From Podarcis tiliguerta (lineage: Eukaryota), in the NCBI GenBank assembly GCA_965153285.1, contig OZ229114.1: 64,000 nt of DNA. The stretch is one strand, 5' to 3'. Below are positions 26,801 through 39,862 of this stretch, one piece after another. The notes below the pieces were generated by a model, which saw only the letters and a list, made by a program, of their open reading frames with translations, ran no database searches and was not told the origin of the DNA. Numbering within the stretch: the stretch's first letter is position 1; the number at the start of each line of letters is the position of its first letter. The translations under genes were made by a program, and so were the position numbers.

Positions 26801-27489
26801 AGTGGTGATTTGAAGGTCACTTTTAGGGGTATAAACAGACTGGAGGGTTTGGATTGGATCCTGATTTAGTGCTTCAGAAAACAGCCTGTCAGTTTTAGGC
26901 TGAATCTGATTTGGAAAAAAATGAGGCTTCTTCTGTCAACATTTCCCCAAATTCACTATTACTGGGAAATAAAAGTATCTATACTGTTTCCTTTTGCAAG
27001 ACATAGTTAAGGTTGTAAGAATGAGTTGCGTATGTCTGTATGGGGAGTGGGGGACAGGGAAGTTAGTGTTGGAGGTAGGATTTATTTTGGGATTGCAAAA
27101 CATGGTTGAAATTTGCAGGCATAGAAGCACCTCCAGAATGGATAAGGCCTGTCAGGTTACAGGCAGAGGATCGTTTTCTGTGCTGGGTGCCTTTAAAATT
27201 TGCCCCACCACAGAAAGCCCCATAAATTTAATTTTTGGCAGAATTGGGTGAAATTTGCTGCCAGGTTAGACTTTCTGGAGGAAATCAATCTTGCCAGATT
27301 TGAGAAGGACTAATGTAATGGTTTTCCTTCAAAGACAGCCTTTACAGTTTTCTGGTGGGTAAAATCATTATCTCTGATTACAAGCTTGAAGTATCAGTCA
27401 CAACTGAGCATGCGCCCCACCCCGCACCCCTACCCTGGTATTTTCCTTAAGGTAACGTCAGAGATGTTAGGTTTGCTTTTTGTAGACAA

Positions 27490-27729
27490 CTTTTCTGCAG
27501 TGGCTTTCTATTTGTGGAATGTTTTCTCCAGGGAGGTTTGGCTGGCACCTGCATTATACACCTCTAGGCATCGGGTGAAAACAGTCCTCTTCAACCAAGT
27601 GTTTGGCTGATTAATATATGTTTTTATTTTATGTTTTGAGGGTTTTTTTACCTTGTATTTTTATGTTGTGAACCACCCTGAGATCTATGGATGAAAAGCG
27701 CTATTCAAATTTAATAAATAAAATAAATA
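27490..27729 (+). mobile_element. L2-type LINE 3' end (related pieces on - at ~21386-21480 and ~33510-33870)
   Basis: Translates to FSAVAFYLWNVFSREVWLAPAL...VKTVLFNQVF (an L2 ORF2 C-terminus), followed by a 3'UTR and an aataaa-rich tail. Confidence 0.7.
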
Positions 27730-28210
27730 GCACTTATGCATTAGTTATTTTTAACTTGTAGAAGTTGGAGCTATTTCTTTATTTAACTCTACTGTAATTA
27801 ATTATCCTATGAAATAAATATATTCTAATGGAGCCCCTAAGCAGGGAAATGTGCAAGGGGTTGGGCAGTGCCCATATGAATGTATGTTACGGTTAGCCTG
27901 GATATACTAGATCAATATGAACGTAAGTTGATTGGAAATCCTTGAAACCAGAAGCATATATTTATTGCAAGTACATGTGGCCTGAATGAACAAACCACCC
28001 TTGTTGAACACAGTACTTTTGTACCTCTTGTTATGTTCAAAAATATAATTTACTAAAGTAGATTGAATATATTTTTTTCTAAAGAGAAATTATGGTAGTG
28101 AGCAATGCTAGTCTTTAAGGTGCCATGGGACTCTTTGTTGCTCTTATTAAGATGTTAAACATACTAGCTTTGTATGCTCAAAATTTTCTTTTTTGCTGTT
28201 TTTTTTCCAG

Positions 28211-28291
28211 GCTGACAAAAAAGAAAGGAGCAATGCCTTGAATATTGCAATAGATAATATGTGCAAGAAAACAAGAGACCTCCGCAGGCAG
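28211..28291 (+). CDS. CTNNA3: Alpha-T-catenin internal coding exon (equivalent of human exon 8), 27 aa ADKKERSNALNIAIDNMCKKTRDLRRQ
   Basis: Polypyrimidine tract plus ccag acceptor at 28207-28210 and gtaatc donor at 28292. 81 nt, phase 0. The translation matches the alpha-catenin M-domain motif KKTRDLRRQ with CTNNA3-type residues (ERSNxLNIAxDNMC). Confidence 0.95.
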
Positions 28292-29229
28292 GTAATCTCC
28301 TCAGGGAAAAAGTATGTTAAATAGATAGTTCTGCAGCAGTTATAACATAAAATAATAATTATGACATGCTTTTGTTTTATTTTATGGAGACACACTTTTC
28401 TTTAAGAAATGCAGATGGAGATTAGGGATGCAGGTTTGGAACAGTGGAAACACCAAAAGTCCAAGATTTAGAAACATATATTCAAGGGTCCAGTGAGTGG
28501 TCTGAGAACACCTAATGTTGCTTTATTGCTTGAAGGTGTGGGCTTAGTCAGTTCCTTGGATGACAGATTCCATTATATAAGAGTGAGAGATTAAATAGTC
28601 CTAGGGCAAAGGCACATGACGAAGCAGCATTGCTGAAAGCTAAGCAGATCTGGATCTGGTCAGCCCCTCCTGCACAGCAATGTCTGTTTTGAGAGAAAGG
28701 ATGGAAAACACAAAAACAGCGTTCTTCTGTGAAAATGATTCTTTCCATATCAGAGGTTGTTTAAAAGCATCCTTACACAATACATTTTAAAAACATCTTT
28801 ACACAATGCATTAAAATAAAATTAAAACTAACAGCCACAATCTAGCATAGCCTTGCTGGAATATAATAGCCTTATTTATACCCCCACAAACCCAGACAGA
28901 ATCCTGTTCCTAATCTATGCTTAGTATAAGAATATTAAATTGATTATGTGATGGAAAAAGGCAAGGCTGATAGGCAAATTAGTTATGTTGGGTGTCAAAG
29001 GCGACAGAGAACCAGTTTGTGGATTCATCTTATATGTTGTACATGTGTGATTATAACATTGAGTGTGCAGATCTGTACACATACATATTACTGTTCATAG
29101 CCAGGAACATTTAGGTACCAAGTACCGTGAAAATCAACTTACAAGGTAAAATTCACTAAGTTCTACTAGCCACTAGAAAAAGTGATACTCTCCCCAAGCA
29201 TTTGTAACAGGAGGCTGAAAAATATACTC

Positions 29230-29700
29230 TTAAATCTGAGATTGTTCTTTGAAGTTGTTGGCATCCATCTGTCTAGAAAGACAATGGAAAAGTGCACCTT
29301 CGGGGGTAAAGGCAAACCATTGGAGAGTTACAGCACCTGCTGTGGCTGTAGAGACAAATACAAGAGAGACCAGTTTATTATTGCAACTGGGGCAGATGAA
29401 GGCACCCAGTTTCGCTGTTACAGGTGCCCCATTGTTTCTTCTCTCTGAGCTCCTCCCAGCGGTCATTTCCAGTGGTCATTTCTCCACTGGTTGCCGCTGT
29501 GGATACATGACCTGAATGTCTGTCTCCAGGAACTACAGTCATCAATAAGGGATTCTCACATGGTGGGGTTCATGTTGCCAGCCTTCATGTCACGTTTGCA
29601 GACATCTTTATAACACAGAGTTGGCCTGGTGCCTGAGGCCAGCTACCCATAAAGCACATCCTTGGGGATCCTGCCATCTTCCATTCTATGTACGTGACTA
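29230..29700 (-). mobile_element. RTE-clade LINE 3' fragment inside the 1.8-kb CTNNA3 intron
   Basis: The minus strand reads HVHRMEDGRIPKDVLYG*LASGTRPTLCYKDVCKRDMKA, followed by a C-terminal FICPSC zinc-finger relic. Confidence 0.85.
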
Positions 29701-30076
29701 ATCAATAAAGATCCCTTCTCTTTAAAATAATTTTGAAAGCACATTGTTTCATTTTGCATCACATTTAGTATTTTTACATGTACTGATAAGAGCAAGAGTC
29801 ATATTTCACAGTGAATAATTTAACCCAGTTGATTGTGTTAGTAGTCAGTTCTGATATAAAGCAGGAGTGGAGGACCTAGTGGTTCCGGAACAGCTTAGAT
29901 GGGGGCATGGGGTGGGGGAGAGGAAATGGAAGTCCCATTGCATTACCAAAAACTATGTGCACAGAGCATTGGATACAACCCAAGGTTTCTTATTTGCAGA
30001 GTACATTTACTGCATAGCATAACACACACGAAATACCATGATATATGATTTAATTAATGGTGCTTTCTTTTCCCAG

Positions 30077-30229
30077 CTCCGCAAAGCTATCATTGATCAT
30101 ATCTCAGACTCCTTCTTGGACACAACTGTTCCACTTCTTGTGCTCACTGAAGCTGCCAAAAATGGAAGAGAAAAGGAAATAATGGAATATGCTGCTATAT
30201 TTAAAGAACACACGTGCAGGCTTATTGAG
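30077..30229 (+). CDS. CTNNA3: Alpha-T-catenin internal coding exon (equivalent of human exon 9), 51 aa LRKAIIDHISDSFLDTTVPLLVLTEAAKNGREKEIMEYAAIFKEHTCRLIE
   Basis: tttcttttcccag acceptor and gtgagt donor at 30230. 153 nt, phase 0, in frame with the previous exon. The peptide is diagnostic for CTNNA3 (DTTVPLLVL..AAKNGREKEI..YAAIF). Confidence 0.96.
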
Positions 30230-31500
30230 GTGAGTTTGTTGGCAGTACAGTGGACCCTATGTAACCTTAGCTTTCAGTAATCACTTTGTATTTTTGTCCC
30301 ATAGGAAAGTACAGTGACTGCATTAGTGACTATGTTCACAGCAGCATATTTTTGGTTTTCCCTATTATGCATATTTTTGTATGGCCCTTCTCCATGTTTG
30401 TTCATGTGGAAGTGTTTGTACCATACTGCTGTTTTTCTTGTAGCTATTATTGGAATCTTCTGTGGGTGTTTTGAATAGTCCTAGAGTCTTTAAAATAATG
30501 TTAGGTACTTACTGTCTAATTATTAAGAGAGATTCATATAAGCATATTCTTTCACATGTGGATAGTGTACAGGAGTGAACAGGCTTTGCATTTGCAGGAT
30601 CTACTTTGTTTTTTATTAGAATCCTGACATCTACTAACTGGAGTCAGGTGCCAAATAGTAGCTCAGGAAGGGGTAGGGAGAAAGCCACCCACTGCGTCCC
30701 ATGAAACATATACTCGTATGACTGAATCTGAAGTTCTCTTATACCCCACCTCTCTCTGTTTTCTTCAGCTTAGCAGGCTAATTCCTTGGCACCTATAAAA
30801 GTTTCTAGGTTTGCTTACCTTGCTGTTTTGAGCAAATAGAACTGCCTTTTCTAGCTGCAGACTGCCTTTCTCTCACTCCACCCCCAACTTTACTGAAGCC
30901 TGGTCTGAACTGAACCCATGCAAGAGAACTCAAGAACATGTGCTCTTCACTTTCACAATCAGAATCAAGAAATTGTGGAAATTATTGTCAAGTGGTGTGT
31001 GTGCATGCCATTGAACTTAGAAGAGACTAATCTGATAAATTATTTGCCTCTCTGGATGCTGCAGTCTTTCTGCATTGTAGGACATTTGAGAGTGTGGCAG
31101 GAAAACTTGGGAGTAGCTTTGCTCCTGGATGATGTTGCACATGCTAGTAACACCACTGAGCTGATGTGCAATTGACTGAGTGAAGTGGGCAGTTAATTAT
31201 AAGAAGAGTTTTCAACATGGGAATAGAAACCCTCAATAAAATTCCCATCTCCCTGCTAGAAACACTTTGCACAGTGAATCAACCCTCTCCAGTCTCAGCC
31301 AATCATATGATGTCTTGGGAAGAGTTGCTGGTGCATGCAATATTGCCCAGGGGTGGAGTGAGCCCCATGTGTACCGATAGGCACCTTTGTGTGTTCTGCG
31401 ATAAATGTCTGAAGAAGGTAGACGTGTGACATATCCTTCATAAATACTACTGCGTTTTGCTCATCTTTCTTTGGAAAGAGGCAACACTGCTATAATTTGA

Positions 31501-31836
31501 AAAGGTAAAGGTAAAGGTACCCCTGCCCGTATGGGCCAGAGTGTCCGACTCTAGGGTTGTGCGCTCATCTCACTTAAGAGACCGGGAGCCAGCGCTGTCC
31601 GCAGACAGTTCCGGGTCACGTGACCAGCGTGACGAAGCTGCTCTGGCGAGCCGGCACCAGCTATAAAGCGGTACCTATTTATCTACTTGCACTTAGGGGT
31701 GCTTTCGAACTGCTAGGTGGGCAGGAGCTGGGACCGAAAGATGGGAGCTCACCCCACCGCGGGGATTCGAACCGCCGACCATACGATCGGCAAGTCCTAG
31801 GCACTGAGGTTTTACCCACAGCGCCACCCGCGTCCC
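31501..31836 (-). mobile_element. Sauria-type SINE, subfamily B variant with internal deletion
   Basis: aaaggtaaaggtaaaggtacccctgcccgta...cgccacccgcgtccc, with flanking direct repeat aatttgaaaag. Confidence 0.9.
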
Positions 31837-32399
31837 CTTTGAAATTTGAAAAGTTACTGGTGGGATTTGAACTCCTTAGAGCTGCCTCTGTGACTACTAG
31901 TGAGATATTCTGCTAAACAATTAGTTTCACAAACACAGTAATAAGCTTTGCCTCATCCACAGAAGAAAAAAAGAATTAATCAGATGCTAAAGTGGCTGCT
32001 GGATGACAATGTCTATGCAATTCTACACTTCCTCTTACAATAGAAATTCAGGCTCAATCACTCACTTTTTTCACAAGTATTTCATTTACATTGAACAATG
32101 TAACATTCACACCCACCCACACCCATTTGCAAAAGCATTTTATTCTGACTTTGAGCTCCAAAAGGAACCCCCAGTGCAGGCTGGAATAAATAGATACACA
32201 ACTAAAACAAGCAAATACAAATATAATTTATTCACAGTCCACCAAACATTTCATTTGTGTTTGGTCACAGAATTTACAATACATAATATTGTTAAAAGAG
32301 AATAACATCAGGAAACAAGCATGGAAAGTCAAAAGGAAATTGCAATGGTTGGAAATTTTGTAATTTGATTACCATTTTTTTTTTGAAGTCCTCCTAAAA

Positions 32400-33005
32400 G
32401 AAAAAAGATCAACAGATACTCTTAATATCATTCTGGAAAGGATTATGTAATGGTATATATAAGAGTTTATCTTGCCCCCTGATAAAAACCAAATTTAAAA
32501 AGAACATGTGGTGTAGAATCCACCTCTTCATAATTACAAGGGCAGTATCTGTGATTTATGGGAATTTTGCTATATTAAAAAGTTTTAAGTGTAAGGTATT
32601 AAATATGCCAGAGAAAAAGCTTTAAGAGCAGATATCCATTTCAGATCAGGCATCCCATTCTTAGAACTAGAACCCCGCAAACCCAGTGACTGGGGAAGAA
32701 CAAGACCTCTGGTCTGCACTGGACTTTGCGAGTCGATATCCATTGCTCTCTGTTTGGCAGTTTGTAGATAACAAATAATAAGACAGAAGTTCAGCTGACA
32801 CAAGTTTTGCAACAATTTCTTCATCCAGGCAGACTTGTCTATCATTTCCTGGAATACAAAGGAACTGGGAGTAAGCAAAAGATAGCAACAGAGCCAAAAT
32901 TTAATGGACTAGATCCATTAGCTCAAAGAATTTAGACCAGTGTCCAAATTAAGAGCAGCACCAGTAACACGTCTAGGAATGCCAAATATAAATCAAATGA
33001 AAACA
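32400..33005 (-). mobile_element. Decayed non-LTR retrotransposon ORF2 C-terminal region (clade uncertain)
   Basis: Minus-strand frames give SIKFWL, KQRAMDIDSQ, KAFSLA and RYCPCNYEEVDSTPHVLF (a CCHC-finger-like relic), with stops and frameshifts. Confidence 0.55.
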
Positions 33006-34754
33006 GGGCTAAGTGCCTTCCATGTGCATTTAAAAGTATGGAAACCAAGTAAGTGCTCTATATTGTATCTATGATACAATTTTGGCTTTAATAACTCTAC
33101 TGGACACTGGGATAAAACTTTCACCCTATAATCAGCAGATCCAACCAGGGTGGTCACAATATTAAAAACAGTTTAAAATAACATAAAATCACAAAAATAA
33201 CTATGCACTATTCACCCTGCAATAGTCTGCCCTGCACTGTCTTAGTAAACTGGCTATAACTCTATATTATATGCCTGCAAGAGGCATGCCATCTAGTGAA
33301 AGGGCTGAACCATGTTAAATGAGACAGTGGATGTCCGTATTGGGATGAAATAGGCCACAACTTATTGATTACAGATGTAAACAGGTTTTGACGAAGGCAC
33401 TGGGTACGTCTCCAAGTTCAACCAACCCACCTGATAATGTATGGGCTGGCAGTGTGGGAAAAGGTTGCCCCCCCCGCCCAACATACTCCTTCCAGGGCCA
33501 CTTCTTGAAGATCTCAGGGCTGTTTGCAGCATGAAAATACAATATGAAAACACAAAATACGTAAAAAACAAGAAGAAAAGGCAAAAACAATAGCCCCCCC
33601 TCCCACAAACACATTTAAAGGACATAGAAGGTTAATCAGCCAGAAGCCTGGTTGAAAAGGAACATTTTCACCTGAACCTCCCTGGAGAGAGCATTCCGCA
33701 GACAGGAAGCCACTGCAGAAAAGGCCTATTCTCATATTGCCGCTCTCTGGACCTCTCATGGAGGAGGCACACAAAGACTCTGATCAGGGCAGGTTCTTAT
33801 GGGGAGAGGTGATCCATATTAACATACATGTGGATTTGTATGGGATGGGTGATTTACGAATAATTCCTGTGTACAAATGCAGCTACCATGGTTTAGTATG
33901 TGTAGGCCTGAAGTATCAGCCTTGACTTTTTCCTGTTTAAGGAATTTGAATGCCTTGGACAAAATCCATTTTCTCAAAAGAGTGCCTCTAATCGCAAGAG
34001 AAACCTATGGCTCTACAACCATTTTTGGACTACAACTCCCACCAGCCCTGAGCACTGATCATTCTGGTTGGGCCACAGCTTTCCCCTCCTTGCTCTGAAC
34101 AATGAAGTTGTGTGTGTGTGTGTGTGTGTGTGTGCATGTGTGCATGCGCTTGAAAACTTAGCTTTACATTATGCATCCTAAAGTTGTAAAAATGCACCTC
34201 TCTGCAGAATTTAGTGACTTGGAAGCATTATTAGAAGCACTGACAAGGTTTGTAACCTCAAAACATAAAAAGCATTTTTTCCTAATTTCTTTGAAAATCT
34301 GTGAAGTGCTTTCTTCTCTTTCCTCCTCCTCCTCCTCCTCTTTCTTCTCTTTGAGAACAAATGCTTTCATGTGCATGTTTAAATTTTCTTTAATAATAAG
34401 CTGCATATGATAAGCTAGCTCCTTGGCAAACACTGGAGCTTCTCACTTTTTTTTGCATCTGTGCAATTTTTGTTTATGTTTTACACACATTTCTGGATCC
34501 CTACTTCCAGCTAAAATTAGGAAGACTGTATTCTTATCTTCCTTCTCCTAGTGCTATATCACATGTTATAACAGAAACAGGCATCTGCTAAAGATTTATA
34601 TATTTATATGCAGCACAGATAGACCATCTTATAACCTAGGTGTTTGGGGACCTTGCAGCATAAATCTGAGTTTAAAAACTGGTAACAGCAAGATTAAAAA
34701 GTACCAATAAAAATATTGCAATTCTCCACATTTTTATTTTTTTATTTTTTTTTA

Positions 34755-35103
34755 AAATCCTCAAGAAAATCAGTGTTTTAGTGTGAATTTCTCTGAATAT
34801 ATACATCTTTGTATGCAGTTTTACTAATATACAAGTTTTCGCAAGCTATTTCCCCTAATATAATGCCTTTTTGTACTTAATATATATTAGCCCTTTCCAG
34901 TAATATATGCCTTTTAATGTACATTTTATCCTAGTATATACATTTTTGTTCACATTACTTGGCTGGAGAACTGAATTGCAAAATTTGGAGAAGTGCAAAT
35001 TTGAAAGTGAGACTGCATTTCAATTCCCATATTGTTTTGGGAAGTGTGAATTAGGCAGGTTTGCCTTTAAAGGCAAACTGAACTGAATCTCTCCCCCATC
35101 TCT
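34755..35103. repeat. Interspersed repeat with internal ctaatata..ttttt sub-repeats, ending in an Ac-like terminus (catc(t)cta)
   Basis: Several degenerate 'taatata(t/c)..(c)ttttt' units. Only one terminus recognised. Confidence 0.4.
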
Positions 35104-36569
35104 AGCTGAGGGTCTTCTACTGTCAGGTGGGTTTGGGGGGAAATTGAGATTGAATAATATATGTGTAATTTTAGAGTTTTCCTTTTAAGGTAATTGCTTC
35201 CTTCATTTTAATATAATATTACCATTAAGTGTAACAAGCATATACGTAGCTGAGGGCTGTTTTAATCCTACTAACACTGGATTCAGAGAAATTCTTATGC
35301 TCATTTAGGTATGCATAAATGCTTCCATTTCCTTTTAGTGATATTAATTATTATAATTTAACTGCTTCTGGTGCTCCCATTATTACTTTCTGGTTTTGAG
35401 AGTTATCATCCTATTATTGGATACATGTAATGAAAAAAAGGGACAGCTATAAGAAATTCTTATTTAAAAGTTTCATGATGTGGTTCCCAAGTACTTACAT
35501 GCATTTCTGAGAAACAGCATGATTAATGATGCTGAGTGCATTTTCAATAAATAGTAGTGCTTGGCTCTCCAGGAAATTAATTAGATAGCAGCTATATTGC
35601 ATCTGTCACGTTAGTAGTCTATCATATGTAAAATACTCCCAAGAAAGCAGTCATACAAGGGGATATTTGACACACAAATTAACAGATTTACAATGCAATC
35701 CTGTGCACGCCTGCTCAGAAGTCTCTGCTTTGAACTCTTATTGAATTCACAGAGGCTTATGTTCAGGTAAATTTGTCTTTGATTGCAGCCCTGTGTATGC
35801 AAAAATAAATATCTTTTAGTATCCAACACTATTAGATATGAGGGAGGGGGGAAATGGATATAGTTGTATCATGTAAACAAATATCCCCTTTCAGCCTGCC
35901 AGAAATCTATTTGGAATAGCACTGAATACTCAGAATTATAGAGGAAACACTGTTCTTTTTGTTGTTTATGTATCTTGGCTGTTAAGGATCCAAACTTAAA
36001 TATATTTGAATTTATCATATTTGTGTAAAACCATACAAGTTTCCTACAGCTGATTATGTGTACGGGGCAGTAATGGAGATTTAGTGGACTCTTGTCATGG
36101 GCAAAATGGGCACCAAAGAGTCTGCCCAATAACATCTAACACTGTATGTGGGGCTGCAATTTAAAACACAAAAGGGTACATGTATGGAAGGTACCAACTC
36201 TTTCCCTACACGACTCCTCCTTTCAGCACTTTTCTTCTCTCTGTGAGAAGTAGCCTATCCTGGCTCTAGGAAACCCTGTGGTCAAATCATTCTCTCCAAT
36301 TAATTTTAATCTCAAGCTGTATGAATAGCAGTTTATGCTTCTCTCAGAATTTAAGAGGAGAACAAAGTGAAACCTAAATCTGTAGCTAGTAATGGCCTGA
36401 AAGTGTAGTAAGCCCTTCTCACATACGTCAGCGTCATATTGTCTAGTCAAATCAGTCACTCAGATAGTTATTGTTTGAAGCTGGTGCCATTACAATATAG
36501 TTCACAAAAGACAAGTGAGACAATCCAACAGAAAGTTGAAGATAGGGATTTTCAGAAATGCTAGTTGTC

Positions 36570-36611
<42 letters not shown>
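36570..36611 (+). repeat. (AAT)14 microsatellite
   Basis: Direct reading of the sequence. Confidence 0.97.
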
Positions 36612-36612
<1 letters not shown>

Positions 36613-36849
36613 TTAAGTTCCCTAAATCATTTCAATTAAAGAAACCAAAACACTGTTTGGAGTCAAAAAAGTAGCTTGTAACTTTCTCCCTGGTATTATG
36701 TATGAAGCTACCCAATAGGTAACAATCAAATGACCTGATTCACTTGCTAGAAGATTCTGAAATGAATGGATGAATCTATTCCCAGGAGAATTGTATAAGT
36801 TGTAGTGCACAAAGACTGTGATCTAGCTTGATCTGCATAAACAGAGATG

Positions 36850-37587
36850 ATCATAGAATAGAATCATAGAATCATAGAGTTGGAAGAGACCACAAGGGTC
36901 ATCGAGTCCAACCCCCTGCCAAGCAGGAAACACCATCAGAGCACTCCTGACATATGGTTGTCAAGCCTCTGCTTAAAGACCTCCAAAGAAGGAGACTCCA
37001 CCACACTCCTTGGCAGCAAATTCCACTGTCGGACAGCTCTTACTGTCAAGAAGTTCTTCCTAATGTTTAGGTGGAATCTTCTTTCTTGTAGTTTGGATCC
37101 ATTGCTCCGTGTCCGCTTCTCTGGAGCAGCAGAAAACAACCTTTCTCCCTCCTCTAGGTGACATCCTTTTATATATTTGAACATGGCTATCATATCACCC
37201 CTTAACCTCCTCTTCTCCAGGCTAAACATGCCCAGCTCCCTTAGCCGATCCTCATAAGGCATCGTTTCCAGGCCTTTGACCATTTTGGTTGCCCTCCTCT
37301 GTACACGTTCTAGTTTGTCAGTGTCCTTCTTGAACTGTGGTGCCCAGAACTGGACACAGTACTCCAGGTGAGGTCTGACCAGAGCAGAATACAGTGGCAC
37401 TATAACTTCCCTTGATCTAGATGCTATACTCCTATTGATGCAGCCCAGAATTGCATTGGCTTTTTTAGCTGCCGCGTCACACTGTTGGCTCATGTTAAGT
37501 TTGTGGTCAACCAAGACTCCTAGATCCTTTTCACATGTACTGCTCTCAAGCCAGGTGGCACCCATCTTGTATTTGTGCCTCTCATTT
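36850..37587 (-). mobile_element. Young 5'-truncated CR1 LINE (ORF2 C-terminus intact, 36936-37565, 209 codons)
   Basis: [50 protein letters not shown] is the canonical CR1 ORF2 end. The 3' tail is made of (ATTCTATG)n-type repeats. Confidence 0.97.
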
Positions 37588-38564
37588 ACAAGATGGGTAG
37601 GCCAAGATGATAATTTGTTGGCCTATTAAACAATTCACTGGTCAGATATTCTTTGGGCCATATGAAAGAAATTATTCTCATCACAAGCCAATATACATAA
37701 TGCAGTGTTTGGGAAAATTGAATTGTGCAGTTGCACACAGTAAGGAAAAAACTCATGTAAATGAGGTAAATATATAGATATTTATTTATATTTGATTTGC
37801 ATGTACACTCAGATGGCATTTTGGAAACTATACTCTTTTTTGTTTTCATTTTTTGAATCTGTCTATTTTTATACTTCTAACAGTACCATCATAAAGCTAC
37901 AACTAAATGAGCATTTATGTGTATCATATCATTATTTTAAAACAGAATTCTGCCACAGTTGTATCAGTTTATTAGAAATCTATTCCCCCCCCTTCCCTTG
38001 AATGCTTCTGATGCTATATTCAAAGGAAGAGAACCCCACTAAGACCTCATAACATAGCTGTGTGATAATCTCACAAGGTAAAAAATCATTTCTAATGAAA
38101 TGTGAGATAGCCTGTGTTCTGAAATGGTAGCATTATAATTCAGTATAAATAATACATTGTGTTTAAAAGGTAAGCAGTTAAAAGGAATCTTGAATATTAA
38201 AAGTGACATAAAACAATAGCCATATTATAGTGGGTTGTACAGATTCTCTGGGCAAAATTCCAATCATGCAAAGGTTTATTGCCCATATGTCTGTGATGTA
38301 ATTATCATATAAATATGAAACTAACACTAAAAGAATCATTTTACTGTGGCTTTCTTTTGCATTGTGCCTAAACTGACCATCATGAAATTTATGGCAAAAA
38401 TGGAAAGTGAGGAACTTGAAATTGGATATGATGCATTTGCAGTGAATACCAGATAATTCAAAGTTGTCCAATATATTTATCCTGTCAATACTTTAGGGGC
38501 CTAGAATTCATGGAACAATTATCTAGGAAAGAAGTGTAGATTTGACACTGCTTATGGCATTAAA

Positions 38565-38926
38565 GGGACGCGGGTGGCGCTGTGGGTTAAAGCCTCAGCG
38601 CCTAGGCCTTGCCGATCGAAAGGTCGGCAGTTCGAATCCCCGCGGCGGGGTGCGCTCCCGTTGTTCGGTCCCAGCGCCTGCCAACCTAGCAGTTCGAAAG
38701 CACTCTCGGGTGCAAGTAGATAAATAGGGACCGCTTACTAGTGGGAAGGTAAACAGCGTTTCCGTGTGCGGCTCTGACTTGCCAGAGCAGCGATGTCACG
38801 CTGGCCACGTGACCCAGAAGTGTCTTCGGACAGCGCTGGCCCCCGGCCTCTTGAGTGAGATGGGCGCACAACCCTAGAGTCTGTCAAGACTGGCCCGTAC
38901 GGGCAGGGGTACCTTTACCTTTACCT
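38565..38926 (+). mobile_element. Sauria-type SINE, subfamily B, full length (young)
   Basis: gggacgcgggtggcgctgtggg head with gttcgaatccc B-box and (acctt t)3 tail. 13-bp TSD ttatggcattaaa at 38552-38564 and 38927-38939. Confidence 0.94.
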
Positions 38927-39289
38927 TTATGGCATTAAAAGAACCAACATTCAAACCAAAAATCTTTAGTGAATGTAACTGTTTGCAGAAGTGGTATGGG
39001 GGGGGGCAGAGATGTGGAGCTGCCCTCCTGACACTAACATTGCTGCTGCTGACTTGGATGGGGCTGGGGCAGAGCTGTGGGGCCTTGTGGTTGCAGCAGC
39101 AGGACTGCACTTGTCCCACTGGTGTAACTGGAACCCAGACTTTGACACAACTCCAGGTAAGCAGATATGACACACCACTGCATGCACCGCTTCTTACTAT
39201 GTGCATGCCACCTGTTGTTACATGATGGAAGAAATGGGGGGTATAAATGTAAGGAATGAAAGGTGTCCTGGAAGCCTTTTAGTGACCAG

Positions 39290-39862
39290 AAGTCATGACA
39301 ATGGCCTGATCTCCCAAATATATATGCCATTTGATAAAGTGACATGGCGGTCCTTATGGGACAAGACACCATTTAGATCTAACTCTGTGAGAAATGGGGA
39401 ACTTATGTTGAATTGTTCCATAAGTGGCATACAACTTCACAAAGATTATCACATATGGCTCCAGTTTCCTTGCTGAGGTCCTAGAAAGGATGTTAAGATA
39501 TAGGAACATATCTGCATTTATGGTGGAAATATCCACAGATTAAATTGTATTGGAACGCTGTGTTTTGTTATATCAGACTTATTGTAAAAGGTACAATAAT
39601 GCTATTCCTGCAGTTAGCCCTTCTAAACAACAGAAGATGGGTCTGTTTTGTGTAGCAGGGAACTGGCCAGTTATTTACTTACTTACTAGCTGCCAGACTA
39701 ATTATTTTGGAGATACATGGTGGAAGCAGATATAGACTATTGATATTAAAAAGTGTGGGATATTGCATTATTAGAAAAATGGACACACAAACAGAGAGCA
39801 CTTAGAAGCCAATGCAAAAGTGAAAAGTTTGTTTTAATTTGGTATGATTTTGTGACTAATGG
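39290..39862 (+). mobile_element. Decayed L1/Tx1-like LINE ORF2 C-terminus
   Basis: Reads WRSLWDKTPF..LFHKWHTTSQRLSHM..GC*DIGTYLHLWWKYPQIKLYWNAV..KFVLIWYDFV (the cysteine-rich C-terminal domain of reptile L1s), with frameshifts. Confidence 0.75.

Noticed and set aside
1-28210. LRRTM3 coding sequence, expected antisense in this CTNNA3 intron
   Set aside because: No leucine-rich-repeat ORF on either strand. The gene presumably lies further upstream, outside the window.
38565-38660. tRNA-like A/B boxes (gttcgaatccc)
   Set aside because: These are the pol III head of SINEs, not a tRNA gene.
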